DNA of 64,000 nt, taken from Phycisphaerae bacterium. Its GTDB lineage: Bacteria; Planctomycetota; Phycisphaerae; UBA1845. A program made the translations under genes and the position numbers. The notes under the pieces are model-generated. The model searched no databases and was not told the DNA's origin. It saw only the letters and a list, made by a program, of their open reading frames with translations. This document shows positions 60,201-64,000 of the stretch, one piece after another; position 1 is the stretch's first letter, and each line of letters begins with the position of its first letter. The stretch is from contig CAXXGO010000001.1 of NCBI GenBank assembly GCA_963666835.2, positions 1,600,001-1,664,000 of the forward strand, in the 5' to 3' direction.

Positions 60201-61501
60201 AGTTGGATCTGAACATCGACGAAGACGGATTGGATCTTAGCGATATCGAAGCGGCTCAGCGGAGTATCCGGGAGAAGGCCAAGGACAGCGGGGACGAAGC
60301 GATTCGCACGTCGTTGGGTGAGTATGTCGACCCCGAGGAACCGTCCAAGAACTGGGACGTCGGTGGGTTGCTGCAATGGGCGCAGCGGCAATACAAGGTT
60401 TCGCTGACCCAGAACCAGATGCGCCGAATGGAGCCGAGTGACATCGAGGATGCGTTACTTGAGGCCGCCCACGCACACTTCGATACGGTGGATCTTGCCG
60501 GGATAGCACCCTATCTCGACCCGCACTATCCGCACCGGGCCTTGGCGGAATGGGCGCGGGCTAAGTTCGACATCCAGATCGAAGCCGAAGAAGTCATTGA
60601 TACTCCTCGCGATGAGGTCTCCGCGCTGTTACAGGATCGCGTGCGCGAGGCCTATCATCGAAGGGAAGTCAACTACCCGGTGGAGTCGTGCCTCGAACGC
60701 GCGTTCGGCGACGAGGGGACTGACAACGCGGCCGCCGCCGGCATTGTGGTTCAATGGGCTAACAGCAAGTTCGGCGTCGGATGGACGCTCGAGCAAGTGC
60801 AGGGGATGTCGATCGAGTCGATCCGGAAGGAACTCGTTGAGCTGAACACGACCTTCTTCGACGAGCGGATCGCGGCGGAGGTCGAAGCGAACATCGCCGG
60901 CAAAGACCGGGAGGAGGCCGTAGCGTGGGCGAAGGACCGGTTCGGACGCGCTTGGAACCAACGTTCATTCGACCTGTTTGACGGAGAGCTGAAAGACGCC
61001 CTGGTGGCCCAGGGTCGCGAGATGCTTCGCTGGGAGCTGTCGCGCTTGGAACAGTATGTTCTGCTGCGCATTCACGACCAGGCCTGGAAAGACCACCTGC
61101 TGGAAATGGACCACCTAAAAAGCGCGATCATGCAGCGCCCGCTTGGTGGGGACCAGACCCATCCGCAGAGCCAGTTTGCCATCGAAGGTCGCGATCTGTT
61201 CAACCAGATGTGGACGCGCATCGCCGGTCGGGTAACGGACATTATCTTCAAGGTCCGCACATCCGGGTCCGGGGAAGCGGCGGCTTCGCGACGTTCGCCC
61301 GCGGCGATGTCGGTGCGGCATGCCGACGCGACCGGGGCGGGATTCTCGGGGGCGACGCGCGATCAAGAAGCGGCGATGCGCGCGCAAGGAACCGACGGCA
61401 AGGCCGAGACGATTCGCCGGGAACAACCCCGGGTCGGCCGAAACGAACCATGCCCGTGCGGGAGCGGTAAGAAATACAAGCAATGCCACGGCCGGAAGTA
61501 G
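57272..61501 (+). CDS. secA: Preprotein translocase ATPase SecA, expanded (1409 aa)
   Basis: [76 protein letters not shown] motif [18 protein letters not shown]. Confidence 0.97.
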   Translation: MSITVVSKSIIDGVKAIPRKLFGSRNDRLLKVLNRHVPPVNSCEDALRGEYDKRFARQVADQRVEQAPEEQRAVLRRQIRLDLCDDLREATASLQQGIRRHTEPLRFWWEGLEPAQRVDEYYRAEFRKRDARAIEEMDGEGLIAEAFAILREASRRAQEHRHFDCQLIGGRVLFEGKIAEMRTGEGKTIVCHLAAFVKYLSGLKVHIITVNDYLVKRDAEFAAPIFELLGVSVGYIQSMVDPSGQEGLRRRAYACDITYGTNSEFGFDYLRDNMKTNVADQVQGPLDYVIVDEVDSILIDEARTPLIISGPAHDDVTRYPRADKVAEELVRRQAVWDRRVASTVRRFDGETHNIAKLEDAMAILGYKEKRTGSDQDGSVEPDDGDDDSAAGLPTLGPDFLTDDQVEAIQAYENNILQILPSEQYRRLFIVQSERKQVGLTHEGVSLAQDSLDIGSLYSGANMEWPHLIENALRAHKVYLRDVDYVVQEGQVIIVDPHTGRLMYGRQWSDGLHQAVEAKERVRVKEETQTLATITIQNFIKLYRVKAGMTGTAMTEGTEFDKIYQLEVVEIPTNRPVNRVDHNDKMYSSTEQKYEAIVEEIHQVHRRGRPADPFVIADLLTALRPVLAAQGENTSRIDEAIRQFNAAEFGDKRVINFMLEVYDESMGDLAHGRPVLVGTTSVENSERLSRLLERRYGIDHEVLNAKNHSREAEIVMKAGHCSTPVQGADKTPLGNVTIATNMAGRGTDIKLGEGVVYPKCRVPESEASESGQSALYPPGTTKCCINCEEYDPATNCAHCFKPKIDARFPALGRKVCAINVPCGLHIVGTERHEARRIDNQLRGRSGRQGDPGSSRFSLSLQDDLLKLFMPDWMLKMMDRLGFAEGGSLEDKRLTKGIERAQRKVEERNFSTRKHLLEWDEPMDYQRKEFYAARQRILEERGLTDLIIRAIDNAITTTLEEYLSGSFDRTCIVEWCRSQLDLNIDEDGLDLSDIEAAQRSIREKAKDSGDEAIRTSLGEYVDPEEPSKNWDVGGLLQWAQRQYKVSLTQNQMRRMEPSDIEDALLEAAHAHFDTVDLAGIAPYLDPHYPHRALAEWARAKFDIQIEAEEVIDTPRDEVSALLQDRVREAYHRREVNYPVESCLERAFGDEGTDNAAAAGIVVQWANSKFGVGWTLEQVQGMSIESIRKELVELNTTFFDERIAAEVEANIAGKDREEAVAWAKDRFGRAWNQRSFDLFDGELKDALVAQGREMLRWELSRLEQYVLLRIHDQAWKDHLLEMDHLKSAIMQRPLGGDQTHPQSQFAIEGRDLFNQMWTRIAGRVTDIIFKVRTSGSGEAAASRRSPAAMSVRHADATGAGFSGATRDQEAAMRAQGTDGKAETIRREQPRVGRNEPCPCGSGKKYKQCHGRK

Positions 61502-61607
61502 CGAAGGATCGGCGGTTCTCGCTGAAGTGCCGTGGAGTTGACATGCGTGGGTACGCGTGGCGATTGACCGTAAGCGCGGCAATCCTCCGCGATCGGCAAG
61601 GCACCCT

Positions 61608-64000
61608 ATGACGGCAGAGTCCGGTCAGTTCTTTATCGATGTCGGGGGTACTTTCACCGACGTTGTTGCCCGAGATCCTGCCGGCCGGTTGTCTACCTAT
61701 AAACTTCTCAGCTCCGGCGTCGTGCGCGGAGTGGTGGGCGGTACGTCGACTGACAATCTGATTCACGATGCCGCGCGCCGCGTGGATCCTCCGTGCTTCT
61801 GGGTGGGTTATCGTCTTTCGCTGCCGACGGACGTCGAGACCTTCACGACGCAGGTCGTGAGTTTCGACGCCAAGCGCGGTCTGCTCGACCTGGATCCGCC
61901 GTTGCCGGCTGCGCCGCGCCCGGGCGACGTTTACGAGCTGTACAGCGACGAGGAAGCCCCGATAGTGGCCATTCGTTACTTGATGGGATTGGGGCTCAGC
62001 GACTCGATCGGCCCGGTCGACGTCCGCCTGGGCACTACCCGAGCAACCAACGCACTGCTCGAGCGCAAAGGGGCGGCAGTGGCGCTCGTTTCCACGAGCG
62101 GGTTCGAGGACATTCTCCGGATTGGCAACCAAGATCGCCCGGACCTGTTCGCTCTGGATATCCGCAAACGTGACGAGCTGGTGACAGCGGTGATCGGGAT
62201 CGACGAGCGCCTGAGTGCGGCGGGGGATGTCGAGCAGTCTCCGAATGGCGATGAGGTCCGGGGCAGCCTTAGGGCCGCGCGGCAATCCGGAATCGATGCC
62301 CTGGCCATCTGTCTGCTGCATGCCCACGTGAATCCGATTCACGAAGACCTGGTGGCGGCGGTTGCGCAAGACGTGGGATTCTCGCAGATCTCGGTCTCTT
62401 CGCGGTTGGCGCGCCTGGAGAGGATCGTTCCACGGGCTGATACCACGGTCGTGGATGCGTACCTCAGCCCGGTGATTCGGCAGTACCTGGCCGCCCTGCG
62501 TGACTCGATACCGGATGCTCGATTGCATCTGATGACCAGCAGCGGCGGCTTAATCGAGGCCGCGGGAGCTTCCGGCAAGGACACAATTCTCAGCGGACCC
62601 GCGGGCGGGGTCGTGGGTTGCGCCCACGTCACCCGGGCGGCCGGGTTCTCCAGGACCATCGGCTTCGATATGGGCGGAACGAGCACGGATGTTTGCCGCA
62701 TAGAACCTCCGCCGGGCGGGTTCGAGTATCAGCATGAGACGGTCAAGGCGGGGGTGCGGATCATGGCCCCGACGCTGGCGGTTGAGACCGTAGCCGCCGG
62801 CGGGGGGAGTATCTGCTCCTTTGACGGTCAAAAGCTTACGGTCGGCCCGCAAAGTGCCGGAGCCGATCCCGGGCCGGCCTGCTATGGACGCGGCGGACCG
62901 CTGACACTCACGGATATGAACGTGTTCCTGGGCCGGATAGTGCCCGATCTGTTTCCGTTTCATCTCGATAAGCAGATTATAGCGAGGCTGCTGGAAGAGC
63001 TGTGCATTCAGGTTAATCGCGGTCGAGCGTCTGCCTTATGCTCAACGGATCTGGCGGAGGGCTTCGTGCGTATCGCGAACACGAACATGGCCGCGGCCAT
63101 CAAGCAGATCTCGATTGCCAAGGGTTACGACGCCCGCGAATACGTGCTGGGGTGCTTCGGCGGGGCGGGTGGACAGCATGCGTGCGGTATTGCCCGAATA
63201 TTGGGTATGCGACGTATCGTCTCGAGCCCCCATGCCGGGGTTCTTAGCGCCCTGGGGATCGGAGTAGCGCCGGTGAAACGGATCGGGCAGCGGAGTGTCG
63301 ACCGGTGTTTGGATGAACATGCCGGGGCGGCCCTGCAGCCAGTGATCGAGGAGCTGACTGATAAGCTGCGTTCGACCTTGTTGGCCGAGGGGAACCGGGA
63401 GCAGGACTTGGCCGAGCCGGTATGCACATGGGATTCGTGCTACGCTGGTCAGGCGACTTTGATTACGGTGCCTGCCGGTGACGCCAACCAGGCACGTATC
63501 GAATTCGAGAACCGGCATCGACAGTTGTATGGCTACACGCACGAGGGACGCCGAATCGAGATACGTATAGTTCGCGTTGAACTTGTCGCGCATAGCGACC
63601 AAGGAAGCGGCCGATGGATCCCGCCGATTTCCACCCGGCCGAGCGCGCGGCGCGTATCAGAGATGGTGCTGGGAGGGCAGCGCCGAACCGTGGACGTACA
63701 CTTACGCGGTGAGTTGTCCGTCGGACGCAGAATTTCCGGCCCTGCGATCATAGTAGAAGACACCAGTACGATTGTCGTTGACCCGGGATGGAACGCCGAG
63801 GTTGGTGACCGCGGCGACATCATCCTGACGGATACGCGGACTACGCCGGTCCGCGAGCATGTGGAGCTTGCCGCGGACCCCATCCAGCTCGAACTGTTCA
63901 GCAACCAGTTCACCGCGGTGGCGGAGCAGATGGGAGCTACCCTGCGCCGCACGGCGCTATCGACCAACGTCAAGGAGCGGCTGGATTTCTCGTGTGCGGT
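61608..64000 (+). CDS. 5-oxoprolinase / hydantoinase A-B fusion (partial, runs off the window; absent from the ORF track)
   Basis: MTAESGQFFIDVGGTFTD, LGTTRATNALLERKG, ILSGPAGGVVG, FDMGGTSTD, GPACYGRGGPLT, FGGAGGQHAC, then in-frame B domain DPIQLELF..AEQMG..STNVKERLDFSCA. Confidence 0.92.
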   Translation, partial: MTAESGQFFIDVGGTFTDVVARDPAGRLSTYKLLSSGVVRGVVGGTSTDNLIHDAARRVDPPCFWVGYRLSLPTDVETFTTQVVSFDAKRGLLDLDPPLPAAPRPGDVYELYSDEEAPIVAIRYLMGLGLSDSIGPVDVRLGTTRATNALLERKGAAVALVSTSGFEDILRIGNQDRPDLFALDIRKRDELVTAVIGIDERLSAAGDVEQSPNGDEVRGSLRAARQSGIDALAICLLHAHVNPIHEDLVAAVAQDVGFSQISVSSRLARLERIVPRADTTVVDAYLSPVIRQYLAALRDSIPDARLHLMTSSGGLIEAAGASGKDTILSGPAGGVVGCAHVTRAAGFSRTIGFDMGGTSTDVCRIEPPPGGFEYQHETVKAGVRIMAPTLAVETVAAGGGSICSFDGQKLTVGPQSAGADPGPACYGRGGPLTLTDMNVFLGRIVPDLFPFHLDKQIIARLLEELCIQVNRGRASALCSTDLAEGFVRIANTNMAAAIKQISIAKGYDAREYVLGCFGGAGGQHACGIARILGMRRIVSSPHAGVLSALGIGVAPVKRIGQRSVDRCLDEHAGAALQPVIEELTDKLRSTLLAEGNREQDLAEPVCTWDSCYAGQATLITVPAGDANQARIEFENRHRQLYGYTHEGRRIEIRIVRVELVAHSDQGSGRWIPPISTRPSARRVSEMVLGGQRRTVDVHLRGELSVGRRISGPAIIVEDTSTIVVDPGWNAEVGDRGDIILTDTRTTPVREHVELAADPIQLELFSNQFTAVAEQMGATLRRTALSTNVKERLDFSCA

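Noticed and set aside
61248..62528. 426-aa minus-strand ORF and neighbouring minus ORFs up to 63973
   Set aside because: Antisense to secA and to the + strand oxoprolinase, which the ORF track missed because it has no stop within the window.

Overview
GC-rich bacterial chromosome segment, most likely Planctomycetota (Phycisphaerae-like). That placement is inferred from the groEL-groES-groEL-dnaJ-grpE-FmdB-yacG order, the very long SecA and FlgL, and the Cys/Asp-rich surface proteins. Contents in order: a trypsin-like lipoprotein protease; a six-gene minus-strand operon (beta-decarboxylating dehydrogenase, fused aconitase-family dehydratase, fungal-type homoaconitase, HD protein, CitD-CitE fusion, CitF) with a structured leader; DUF4186, an aldo/keto reductase and a GNAT; a chaperone operon with a sigma54-type promoter; an M16 peptidase pair; cysS and ispF; a TSP3-repeat lipoprotein; arsC and tadA; a flagellar cluster (flgF,G,A,H,I,J,N,K,L, fliW, csrA, flagellin); a membrane-anchored reductive-dehalogenase-like protein; murD; a frameshifted FG-GAP lipoprotein; a 2141-aa M6-like metalloprotease with PKD domains; secA with an upstream small ORF; and a 5-oxoprolinase/hydantoinase cut by the window edge. 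Top novelty candidates are (1) a putative homocitrate lyase / CoA-transferase pathway coupled to homoaconitase and homoisocitrate dehydrogenase, with a possible riboswitch-like leader, and (2) a SecM-like arrest-peptide candidate upstream of secA. I saw no rRNA, tRNA, CRISPR array or transposase. All calls come from motif recognition by eye; no searches were run.
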